Below are positions 10,105-21,844 of a DNA stretch of 41,635 bases, one piece after another (the stretch's first letter is position 1; every line of letters starts with the position of its first letter). The notes below the pieces were generated by a model. It did no database searches. It had not been told where the DNA came from and saw only the letters and a program-made list of their open reading frames with translations. The translations under genes and the position numbers were made by a program. Source of the DNA: Pelomyxa schiedti (lineage: Eukaryota > Protista > Evosea); NCBI GenBank assembly GCA_020536535.1, contig JAHLWZ010000434.1, positions 1 to 41,635 on the forward strand, written 5' to 3'.

Positions 10105-13100
10105 TTATAATCCTAGTCCTTTCTTCATGCGGCCAAAGAAGCCGGGAGCCAGTTCGGGTGTTGGAGTTGGGGTGCAATTAACCTTCCTCACTGCGTTAAG
10201 TGCCATTGCCTCCATCACTGCATCATGCGCTTTGGTGGCTGTCAATCTCTGTGAGTGGATTAAATAAAACAAGGAACAACAAAAGAGTATACAAAATAAG
10301 GGTCCGTGTGCCAGCATTGTTGAAACATTGTCACCTGCTCTATTGATCAGTAATAATAAAGAAATAAGATTTCTTACCAAACATGGCGGTATCGGCACGG
10401 GTGAATTTGGGTCGGGAATATCCTTGGAAATATCGGGGTGCTGGGCTAATACAATTCTATTGTACATAATGCTGTCTAGACGCTCAGAACGGTCAAACGA
10501 GGGTTGCTGATAGAGCAGCTCCCACATAGTGAACGCCATGGCCCACCTGTTACGAGGGTGGAGAAATCCGGAAAAGAAAAGGGCTAAACACATGTCGGAT
10601 TCTGGTGAAGATGGCTGGTAGTCGGTGTTTTTCAATAATTCCGGCGCCATATACGGTGCTGTGCGTCAGTCAGTGTTAAGTACCTAACTAAGTGACATAC
10701 CTGTGCCTGATGCTCGTCCCATAGACTCCGAAATCAACTTGACGAAGCCTAGATCGCAGAGCTAAGTGTTGGTCGTTAAGGTGAGATTAACACAACCCAG
10801 CCATCATACCTTTACAGTCAGATTTGCATCAATTAAGAAATTATCTGGCTTGAAATCACTGTAAAGACAAGAAAGGGGGAGTGAGAAGTTGTCGTAATCT
10901 GCTTAGGAAGTACCAGTGCACCATGTGTGCCTGTTCATGAAGATAAATGACAACTCTAAGCTATGGTGATTTAGAAGGAAAAAAAACAGCACACGGCCAT
11001 TACCATTTGATCCAAGATTGACAATTTATCTCCATATGCCAAGTGCCTATACTTAAGCATTTGTGGTGGTAATTTCTGAGGGTCGGAGATAAAGGCTGCC
11101 AAGGAGCATTCCATATGTTCAAATATAATTGAAAACTCCTTTGTACTTTCATCTAGGCAGACGCCTAATATAGTGTGATGCAATCAGTAACTACTATAAA
11201 AAACACACCAATAAAGCTGACTAAATTAGGATGAGACAGAGACCTGAGGTTGTGTAAGACTACTTGGTGAATTGAAACAAAACATACCGGTGGTTCATAA
11301 CCTCCTTCTCTAAGATGCCTAAGTTCCCATCTTGGTCATAGGTCTTCCTTATGTCTATTACTTTAACAGCTGTGTTTGTGGCTCCAAATGTAGCTGTAAG
11401 AAAACAGTTAGTTCTCGCTGGCTAGAAACAAAGAACTAACCTTTATAAACTCGACCAAAGCTCCCTGCCCCAATTAGGTCCTTATCAGTGTATTTTAGGT
11501 CACGCCGTTCTACAAAATGAGGCGGAAGCAATACGGTGTTCCACAGGTATTGCATAAGTTGTTGTATTTCATTGCTGAGAACTGTTGCAGCAGGGAAGGT
11601 TGGAATGGAAACTACTACTGGCTCAGGACAACCAGTGCCATTACCCAGAGCCTGCTCATTGAGCTCATCCATAAAATGATGCAGCCCGTCCCAGTTGACT
11701 TGGGTTGAGCTATCAGCCTCAGTGTGGTATACATCATGTTCGGCCGTAGTGCTCTTGCGTGGTTTTTCCAAATTTGCCAACCGCGTCGCTACAAAGAGAT
11801 AAGAAATAAGATTGAATAAAGAAGAGAAAACCTTTGGGAACAGTGGGATATGTACCATGTTCAAGCGGGCCTTCACCATTACCCTCGTTTGTGGACTTTA
11901 GGCTCTCCAAGGGTTCTTGTATGAAAACGTGTGATAGGTATTCCTCTTCCAGAGTCTGCGGCGTACTTGTAGTGGTAGTACTAGTAGAGGTAGTTGCTGA
12001 CGTTGTAGTAGTCGTAGTACTAGTACTAGTTGCCGCTGTTGCACTTGGGACAGCAGACGTCGTTTTTGCCGCCGCTGAACTGGGTTGTTGCAGCCCCTGC
12101 CGCAGTTGCTGCGTGGCACCACCACCACCACCAGGGGGAGCAGGAGGAAGAACAGGAGCAGGAGCAGGTGCCGCGGCGGTGACATAACGCAGCTGGTAAC
12201 GGTCACCGCATATTCTGTACGCAACATCCGCGGCCTGTTGGTTATTGAATGCAATGAAGACGTTCTTCGAGCCGTCCGTTTGGCGTACGACGCACACTCT
12301 GTGTTGCGTGAATCAACGGAGATGTAAAGAATTAGTAATCAATTAGATTTAGATCAAAATTTGTTTGATATATCCTATGTGAGCACTTTTACACCCCGGT
12401 TTTTGCCCGTTTTAGCAACAATTTTCTTCTTCAATCCGTCTCTCTGTGGGGTTAAAACCGTCATCACAGAACCCTTTTCTTCTTGTTTCCTCTGGCACAA
12501 GTGTTAAAACCGTTATTCGTCATAGCAAGATCCTGCGGTTCGAGTTCCACTTCAAGCATTCATTTTTTGTAGAATGGTAGAGGATTCCTGACCTAGCAAT
12601 AAAACACAAGGAGATTGGCACCCCTGCCACTTTTTTTTCCAGGTTTTTCTTCAACTCCAAGAATTTTCTTCTTTTTTTGTTGATAACTCGGTTATTTTTT
12701 TTGTCTATTTGCGTCCGTCTGGAAAATTTTCTGGCACACATGGATTTGGAACCTCCACCCTTTCTGCTGATGAACGAGAGTTTTACCCCTTGCGCAACAC
12801 CGAAATAACACTTAGAAAAGACCGAGTTGAGAAGAAAATTGTTGCTAAAACGGGCAAAAACTGGGTGTAAAAGTGCTCACCAGGACTGTGCGGGATATTC
12901 AAATGAATGGGCCCACTCACGCGCTCTTCCCGCGAAACCGGTTCATGACCTGGTCTTCACCCAGTCTGTACAGCCCGGGGCCGCCCATGGACAACAACGT
13001 CGGACGGGTGCCTCCCTTGCTGCATCTGTTGTAGGGCCCCAGCATCGTCGCAGCGTTTTGAGGTATGACCATCGGCGGCAGAAGCAGTGCGGGCGCTCCT

Positions 13101-13510
13101 TGCTTCTTCTTGTTCTTGTTCTTGTTCTTCTTTGCTCTGCCCTTGCCCCAATAGTCACAGGTCGCAGTCAAAGTAGGAGGAGGCTGCGACGACGACGAAG
13201 CGGCGGCTGACAACGTGGAAAGCGCAGCAGAGGCGGCCGTCCCGGGGTAAGAGGCAGCAGGGGCCAGGCCACGGAAAGGAGAGGGAGCAGGACCAGGCGC
13301 GGGAGCAAGCGCGTTGGCACGAGCGTGATCGGGATGCGTGATTACGGGGGTAGGGGGTGGCGGCAGCCCTGGGGGCTCCTGCCGTGGTTTCTGCTCGTCC
13401 GAGGCGTCCAGCATGGACCAGTCGTTGGTTGGGTGGGAGTCATCAACAGGCGGCGACGGCGAATCCTCGGTCGGCGCCTCGATTGTGTAACGGTCGCTAT
13501 CTCGGCTCAT
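10105..13510 (-). CDS. Protein kinase (TKL-like, non-RD) with N-terminal RRM-like module; paralog 2, apparently intact
   Basis: Spliced motifs: IGAGSFGRVYK, TAVK, EKEVMNHRSLSHPNLVSFIG, MVHCDFKPDNFLI, KLCDLGF, YMAPE, SDMWAM, CWHTDP..RLT, ending FFGRMKKGLGL*. The introns traced are GT-AG and positionally conserved with paralog 1. An alternative ATG lies at 13525. Confidence 0.9.
12359..12908. mobile_element. Non-autonomous foldback/MITE-like element inside kinase intron 1
   Basis: Near-perfect ~50-bp inverted repeat (12379-12430 vs 12830-12880, GTGAGCACTTTTACACCC..TTTTTGCCCGTTTTAGCAACAATTTTCTTCT) with weaker extensions on both sides. There is no coding capacity. It inflates the intron to 622 nt versus 67 nt in the paralog. 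No TSD identified. Confidence 0.75.
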
Positions 13511-16283
13511 TGGCGCTGCCGGCATCACTAAAAAAAAAAGTTGAGTTTGGGGCTTTTGATTGATGAGTTTTACCGCTATTTGTGCCCTTTCCTCCCGGCA
13601 GAAGGTTCCACGTGGAATGTGAACTTCAACGAGTTATCACTCTCTCAGTATCGTACTCGTGCTCACAGAGTGTAGTCTCTGAATTGCACACTCTCCTCCT
13701 CCATTTTGAGATCAGAGACCAGTTCTTCTGAAAAAAGCAAAAACGAAAACAACGACGTTCTGATGTGTCAGTTCATGTCCGGTGTTGCATGGAGTTGTTG
13801 TTATTGAGAGACCAAGTAATTGAGAGATGTTGATGTGTCACATCATAGGTTTGATTGTACGGTGTTCGGGGTGTTCGTTGTTCTGTGATTCAAGCGTTGT
13901 ATTCCTCGATTTGATGTTTGCTGGATATTGGCCTGAATTTGGTATGCATGTGTTGGTTCTCTGCCTCTTAATTGTTCATAAAACAATATAGATGAGCTTA
14001 GACTTGCTTCCAAGGTGTTTCCGTGTCCAGGTATGCCTTCCTGTTGTATTATAGTTGGCTAATTCAATTAAAAGATGATGTGCAAAGCCTTGTTGAAGTA
14101 CTGCTGATTCCTCCAGCAAACTGTCCTTGTGGAAGTACTGCTAATCCCTAGGTATGGTTCCATTTCCCCAAAAACGATTCCTTACATGGCGAAGACTGCA
14201 AAGACTGCTGCTATTGTTGCTGAGTGCTCTCCTAACTTGTGCAGCTTGAATTCTAGCATGCTTTGAGCTGTGCTTAATTGAACAGTGTCCGCTTTGCAGC
14301 ATTGTTGCTGAGCTGTGAATTTCTTTCTTACTTTCGCATTGCAGTGTCGCAGTGGTCCGCCTCAGAATGTTCTTGCTCATGGTGGTCCTAGAACAAGTGC
14401 TAGATTGTTTGCAGTGCTTGTTTGAGCTTCAGATTCTTGGCGAATATAGGTATGTTCAGTTTCTCAGAGCCTTCTTCTAACTCAGGAATAGGTCCAATTG
14501 TAGAATTCTGAGCAATTTCCATGCTTGCTGAACATATAATATATGCTGGAAGCCTTGGTCATTTTTGTATTTCCGATGCTTCCAGGTGCCTCCTGTGTGC
14601 AGTGCCATTCTCGCATTTGCACCTATGCTGTGTGCTGCCTTGGTGTCAGAATTGCAAGTAATTCCTCAGGTCCATCTTGCACTGCCTCCAATTTGAGCAA
14701 GGTAACACCATTCTCTTCAGAGATGCCCAATTAACATGCAGAAGATTCTGGTGCCTCCAGTTGAGATGACTCTATGAGCTCATAGATTCTCGCTTGTTTT
14801 TCCAGATCTTTCAGGGTGTGTCCATCACGAGATGATGCCAGTAGTCTATTTGGGTGGTACAAGGATTTTCCCTTCTTGTCCAAGTGCTCAACACCACAGG
14901 TTCCTTCCCACACACCAAAACTAGTAACTAATTGGCTCTCCACAAGATGTCAGGAGCTTCCATGAAAACACACCTCACTACTGTGTTCCTAAGGTAACCC
15001 TTCCTAAGGTTGATGCAGGGTGACACAGTAATTCCATTACTAACAATATCTCAGATAGTGCCACATAATCCAAAGGGTTCTGCAATCCCTGTGGAGAAAT
15101 GGGAAACATAGGTTCAGGTAATTTGTTTTTGAAATCAAATTGACTTCCAAATCATTAGGCTAGATAAACCGATTCTATGATAATTCTGGGAGTGGAAAAT
15201 GTAGCTGATCCTAATGCACAGACATTAGGTATGCATTCCTCACTTCAAAATTATGACTATTCCAAAAATTCCTAAAGCATAGAGTGCAATCAATCCTCAA
15301 TCTAATTTTATGCTGAATAAAACGCAAATACAAGCTAATAAAACAATAAATACAAACGAAATGAATAAATAGAGTGCTACTAAGGGTACATAGTAGAATC
15401 CAAAGATTTCCAAGCTTCGATTCTGCATACCTAGCATTCCTGTGTTTGTCAGAATACTTGATTCATTTCCATGCTACTCCTCTTGCAGGATGCATGCTGT
15501 CAAGGCCAGAAATGTCCGCTTCAGTACCAGGAATCTCCTTGGAGTGCCTGTTGGGAATGCAATTCCACAGTATCCCTTCTGTGATGCCATCATGGCTCCA
15601 CCATGCCGGATTCTCTTGTATCTTATGAACACTCTGCTGGTATCTCCGCATGCTGGTTCTTGAACAATGTGCTGTGGAGCTGAGCCAATGCTCTAGGGTC
15701 TGATAAAACTTGCTTTCCACTGTTCCTGTGTTATTCCTGGTATGCGTTTCCTGGTTACTATTGCCACAATAACGATAATCCACACAGGAGCAATGATTGC
15801 CAAAAACCTGCATAATTACAATGAGAAGGTTAGAGAAGTGAAATTCCATATTAATCTGTTTCTTTGCTGTTGTGATGTGGTACCACACAGTAACTACACA
15901 TGCACACAAGGAGAGAAAGAGAAAGAAAAAGAAAAGAAATAGTCGATGCCTGCCTTGGGGATGGAACCTCGAACACCGCCATGCCGATCAACCCCTTTGA
16001 CACTTACGCAAGGACAGACGGAAAATATAAAAAAAGAAAAAACCAACAACCGCTTCTACTACCTACTGACGACGACAACGATGATGACGACTACTACACA
16101 CACCACAATATATTATTTCTTATTACTCTGCTTGGTGATGGGGATGGTGTGTGTGCATAATGCATGCTTCTCCTTCTTCCAATGGTAGTAGTGGGGGAAA
16201 CAAACCACCACACAACACCACTGCCACCACCATTTTTTTTTGTTGTCTTCAATCACAACTATTTCAGAAGAAAGAAATACTCC

Positions 16284-16325
16284 CCACACAAAAGTGGGCA
16301 AACGAAGTGTGCCACTTTTGTGTGG
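16284..16325. repeat. Hairpin element copy 2
   Basis: Arms at 16284-16296 and 16313-16325, about 95 nt downstream of the RBM25-like stop. Confidence 0.9.
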
Positions 16326-16419
16326 TTACCTCTTGATTTGTTATGTGAAGTGTTGTTTAGTTGCCATTGGTGCTTATGGTCTCTTTATGTTTGTTTTTTT
16401 GGAATTTATTTTGAAAGTA

Positions 16420-18871
16420 CTATGAGTGGAAAGGACTGTCATCGCAGGAGGGGGGTTTTGGGCTATCAGTTGTTTTGTGGTGGTTGGTTGCTGTTAGTGG
16501 CACTTGGTTGTGTTTATTGTCCACTTGTGTATGGTGGTTAACTGTGTGCCTAGTGTGGGATGGGGATTCTGGCCCGGCACTGTGGCATTGGTTCTGTGAG
16601 TCAGTGGGATGTTGCTGTGGCTGCTGTTCCACAGGTTCCGCTGTGGTAGCCGGTGTAAGAGCGGGAGGGAGAGTGGGTGCTGTTGCCGTTACTATTTTTA
16701 TAGTTGTTTCTAGTAGTGAGGTGGGTTGTATTGTGAGGGGTGTTTCTGGTGGTGTTGGTGGAGGGGATTCTGGGACCGCCGGTAGTTGTTCTTCAAGTGG
16801 TTTCGTTACTGTGGTGACTACACTTTCCGTTTCCGTTGGTTTGGTTGCTGGTGCAGATGGGGGAGTGGGTGCAGTTGTGATGGGTGGACTCTCTAGAGAC
16901 TCCGTCACAAGCAGTTTCCAAAGCTCCATAACAAGGTCACCGGCGATTTTGGAGTCCTCCAACACTAGTGCTAGTCTCCTCTCCAAATCAGATGGTGTGA
17001 CGTGGGACTGAAGGTTTTTCAGTATGAAGTCCTGGAGAATTGAGTCCGGCTCTCCCATTAGGTCTGCTACTCGCCCAAAAAGCCAGTCATCAATATGGCC
17101 GTTGAGAATCGCGTTCTGTGGAATTTCAGAAATGAAACGTTTGTTGTTTCTTACGTTGTCTATGTGGTCCCATGGTATCTGAAAGGAAAAGAGTTCCTCC
17201 TTAGTTCTTGGTACTTTAGAAGAGGAGTCGGGTTCTTTCTGTGGATGTTGTGATATCGGTTCAATCTGATTGGCACTCAGTGTCCATCTTGAGTTTAATT
17301 ATTATTACTGGACTAGACCAAAAATAACCTGTGGTGTTTCCCTTCTCCTCTTTGGGCTACTGGGTCGCCTGTGCTCCATAAAAGGAGAGGACTTCCTTTT
17401 AATGATATGGGATAGTTGCAAATCTTGGGAGGAGTCATGTGGGCCATTCACAACAAAATTTATACCTGAAGATACAAAACTTCCATACTCTCCGGTGTTC
17501 ATTTCAAGTGGGTTCAAAGGTGAAAGAGGGTATTGCAGTGCCCTTGTAAAGGTGTCAGGATCGTATTGTTCCAGATGCCGGTCATATTGATCGGAGTCAT
17601 TAATAGGGACACTGTCCATGCCTGATGGTAATGTAGGATCACTATAAATTCCCTTATCTTTTGAAAAAGGGAGACAGCAGTTTACCAACTGGATATCTCT
17701 TGGGCTGAAGTGAAAGGAGGGTGAAACTTTGGCTCGTCGTTTGTTTCATTGCTTTTGAGTCTAATCAATTCTTCCAGTTTTCTTGCACAGTCCATGAACT
17801 GGTCCTTTTCTGAATTTTATTAGTGTCTTTCCAAGGCAGTGACGGATACCAATCACGTGAATATCTTGCAGAAAGCTTGTGGTTTCTTCTTCTGATAACT
17901 AGTGAAGAGTTAACACAGTAGACAGAATAACAACAATACCGTAATTTTGGTGTTTTTCAGCATTCTTCGATGCAACAACTGGAATGCTATGGCAGGTCCT
18001 TGACGAAACTTGAACTCACACCTCCACAAATACTGAGCTGTTGTTTTCTTGAACACTCTGTCCCAGCTTTTTACTGTACCACATACCTGTTGTAAGGATC
18101 ACAAAGGAACAAATTACTAGAGGTAACCAAAGGCATTACTTGAAGTAAGGACAAAAGCAATTCAGGGTTTAGTTCTGGTCCTTCCATCGCCACGTAAACC
18201 AAGAAAGCGCTTGGCTCTCCAGTGGAAGATGTACACTTTTGGTTTGTTTCTGCCCTTGAACTTCTCGCTTCGCTCTGTGTAGTGCTGGGCTTACTCCTTG
18301 CGTCACCACTGCCTTCCGAACTCCTTTTTCTTGAGTCCCTTCTATCCACTCTCCTATCAGCAACCGGTTCCCTGCTGTCGTACTGCCTCTCACACTCCTC
18401 CTTCGTAGGTCTTTTTGGTTCCTGGTTTCTTCGCGATTGCAACGCCTGATCCCTCATTCTCTGCTGTTGCTGTTGGTACATGTACCTCCTGTTCTGTAAC
18501 GCCTGGCCCTGCCAGCGGCAATAATCCCTCATCCTCATTGACATCAGCATTTCGTGTTGGCTCATCAGATCGCGGTACCGCCTCTCCATTTCCATCTCCA
18601 TTGTCATTGACCTTGAGGCGTCGCGCAATCGCGATCTGCCGCCACCACAGCCACCGCCACCGCCACTGCCCCCGCGATCGTACGAATCGCCGCCGTTCGT
18701 CCGCGGTGGATCTAGATCTTGGGTGCGACGAGAACTGGTGTTTGTGCTGGTGACGCTATTGCGCGGTGGAGATAAAGACGGAGACGACACCGGAGATGGG
18801 GAGTATGACCTCAAGCCGGATCTGCGACCAACGGCGTCCCCCACGGCACGACTAGGCGACACCCGCGACAT
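16420..18871 (-). CDS. RBM25/Snu71-like splicing factor (RS/RD-rich N-terminus, divergent RRM, C-terminal PWI domain)
   Basis: Spliced RRM LVYVAMEGPELNPELLLSLLQ|VCGTVKSWDRVF...CEFKFRQGPAIAFQLLH resembles the RBM25 RRM. VPRTKEELFSFQIPWDHID|NAILNGHIDDWLFGRVADLMGEPDSILQDFILKNL...LALVLEDSKIAGDLVMELWKLLVTE matches the RBM25-type PWI. All introns are GT-AG. Confidence 0.85.
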
Positions 18872-19221
18872 TCTCTTTGCTGTTTTTTTTTTTTTTTTCG
18901 TTTCAACAAGATCTCCCTGATCAGTTGTCACCGCAAACTTCAAGATTACTCTCAACAAAAGCTGAGGAGTGACTGCTTCACATTGGCAGGTACTGGAGTT
19001 TATCCCAGAATCTGAGAGTGATAACTGTGATGGAATTCCGAGGTATTGAGTATTTGAAGGGTGAGGACATGACGTTGAAGCTTCAGAGAGGAATGTCCCA
19101 TTTCCTCGTGCTTTTGGGGATGGTTCGGCACACGGATTCCTCATCGAGATTCTCAGGAATGTCAAAACGATCATTTTTTGTTTTTCGTAATCTATCTATC
19201 TTTTGTTCTTTTGAAGGCACG

Positions 19222-19232
19222 CGTGCGGATCT
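19222..19232 (+). promoter_or_regulatory. Candidate proximal motif CGTGCGGATCT (also at 26581-26591)
   Basis: The exact 11-mer lies 8 nt before the AsnRS ATG and 28 nt before the PH-gene ATG. A reverse-strand GCGGATCT lies at 26459-26466. Function is inferred only. Confidence 0.25.
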
Positions 19233-19240
19233 ACGACCAA

Positions 19241-21844
19241 ATGGCTACAGAGTCAACAGCGACACCAACAGCGACGACAGCGGCGACTGCGACACCCGCG
19301 GTCAACACTGCGGAACACAGGCCGATATTGGAGGCGTTGCATCTCGACAAAAAGCGCATCGACGACACTCTGCGCAACCCAAAACTCACGTCCGATCTCG
19401 TGGAGATCGCCCAAGCGGCAAAGGTCGACGCCGCGACCGGCGTTCCCAAAGAAATCGGCAATTTGCTCTACTCGATCGCGACGGTGAGCGCCTTTTGCGT
19501 TTTTCTTTTCTCTTTTCTTTTTTGCTCACCTTTTTTTTTTTTGGACAGGAGTACCCAGCAACAGGCACAAAGGAAGCCAGAACGATAGTACTATTGCACA
19601 TCGTTGCAGGGAAAATAACCTCCAAAGCCCAACTTCTGGTGTGTGCCACTTTCTGCTTTGTTGTATCCTGTATTCTGGTTGCCAGGACTGACGAGCCTAT
19701 TAGGCAGCGTTTGAATTGTGCGGCAAAGGTGGGGTTGTTTCAGCGGAACAGTTGGACGTCCAATGTGGTGTTGGTGTGAACCTCACCCAGCCTCAAATGG
19801 ATGAGGCTGTGAAGCAACTGGCAGAAGCTAACCCAACTGCAGCACCCTCTGCTCTTTTCAAGCTCATTAAAGGTTATATTCCCGTTGTAACCCTTCTTGT
19901 ACTGACCTTGATGCACACAGCGCATACCACGTTGAAATGGGGAGACATGGCTTTCCTGAAGAAGTGTGCTGATGCACATGCAAAAGTTGCCGAGCAGCAC
20001 GCCCCTGCCAAAGCGAAACCTACTGCAGCTTCAACCACTACTACTGCAGCCGCACCCAAAGCAAAAGCGCCTGCAACCGTGTGTTTTGCCTTTTGGCCAC
20101 TTACATTCTCATCTTTGGGATAGATGAGGTTTGAGGATCTTGTTGAAGATCCCGCTCTCCCTGCAGCCGTCAGAGCTGACATCCTAGAATGTGGAAAGAT
20201 GCAAGGAAAAAGAGTGAGGGTGTTCGGTTGGGTTCACCACATCCGCACACAGAAGAGTGTGACTTTTGTGGACTTGAGAGATGGACAGGGCTTCTTGCAA
20301 GTAAATTCAACCATATGAAAAAAATTTCCACTAATCCTTTCAGTGTGTTTTAACTGGGCCCCGAGTTGCCAGTGAAGCACTGCTTGCTCAGCTCCTCAGG
20401 GAGTCCTCTGTGGAACTTACAGGCGTTCTCAACCATCTTCCAGAAGGGAAGCGAGCAGCTGGTGTGGCCACTGCACAGCCTCTTGAGTTGATAGTCGATT
20501 GGTGGCGAATTGTTGGGAAGTCTGATGTTGATTTGGAAAAGATTGTGCAACCAGACTCAACTGTACCCCAAAGATTTGATCAAAGACGTAATTTTCCACT
20601 TTCCTCGTCATTTTCCACTTATATCAACTTTGACAGATATTATTGTACGAGGAGAAAGGACATCAGCAGTACTAAAGCTCCGATCAGTGGTCATGCAGTG
20701 TTTCCGAGAGTATCTCTTCGCCCACAAATTCACCGAGGTGACACCCCCCACAATTGTTCAGACACAGTGTGAAGGTGGCCGTATGACACATTTTCCTTTT
20801 CTCATTTCTTCATGCAGGTGGGTCGGATCTTTTTGAGATGAACTATTTTGGGGAAAAAGCTTATATGACCCAATCCAGTCAGCTGTACTTGGAAACCGTG
20901 ATACCAGCTGTTGGACCAACTTTTTGTGTTGTAAGTTACCAATACTCGAATGTGCCACTTTAACTTTATTTTCAAAGCTCCCTTCCTTCCGAGCAGAGCA
21001 AAGTAGGACTCCCCGTCACCTTGCTGAATACACACATATGGAGGTTTCCTAACTGCACCTATGTACAAGGAATTAACACATTAACAGGCTGAAATGCCGT
21101 TCATTGTATTTGAAGATCTCCTTGCTCACCTTGAAGATACCATTTGCACTGTATGTGCGGCGGTACTGGAACGAGCACCACAACTCGTTAAGTACCTCAA
21201 CCCAAACTTCGAGGTGCCAGTCCGACCATTCAAGAGGATGACCTACAGAGAAGCAATCAACTTCTGCAATGAGCACCATGTAAAATACACCCCCTTATCC
21301 TTCCTCTAACCTCATTTGTGAACCAGATCATCAACACCGAGACTCAACTGCCATTCGAGTACGGCCAGGATATCACAGAGAAGCCGGAACGTGAAATGTG
21401 CGCCCTGATTGGAAAACCCATCTTCCTGATGCGGTTCCCTGTTGAGATGAAAGCCTTCTACATGAAGCGACCCGCCGACGACCGCTCCGTCACCGAAAGC
21501 GTTGATGTGGTATGCGCATTCCCTCCGTCACAAACAAATTCCACACACAGTACCCCACCACAAACACCCCAGACTAACCTCAATGACAGCTCATGCCCGG
21601 CGTCGGGGAGATTGTTGGAGGATCCATGCGTATTGATGACTACGATGAGCTGATGGCGGCCTACGCCCGCAACAAGCTGGACCCCTCGCCGTACTACTGG
21701 TTCACGGACCAGAGGAAGTACGGCACATGCCCCCACGGTGGCTACGGCCTTGGCGTGGAGAGGTTCCTGATGTGGATGACAGCAGACCCGCACATCCGCA
21801 ACATGTGCCTGTACCCAAGGCACATACAAAGGTGCACCCCTTAG
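19241..21844 (+). CDS. NARS1: Asparagine--tRNA ligase, eukaryotic cytosolic type, with GlnRS-type N-terminal domain
   Basis: OB fold [26 protein letters not shown]; [18 protein letters not shown]; motif 2 [21 protein letters not shown]; PVEMKAFYM; [21 protein letters not shown]; motif 3 [25 protein letters not shown]; ends [11 protein letters not shown]. First introns at 19484-19548 and 19639-19703. Confidence 0.97.

Noticed and set aside
18872-19240. Upstream extensions of ORFs 18071-19174 and 19018-19779
   Set aside because: They run through the T-rich divergent promoter region. Plausible starts are 18871 (-) and 19241 (+).
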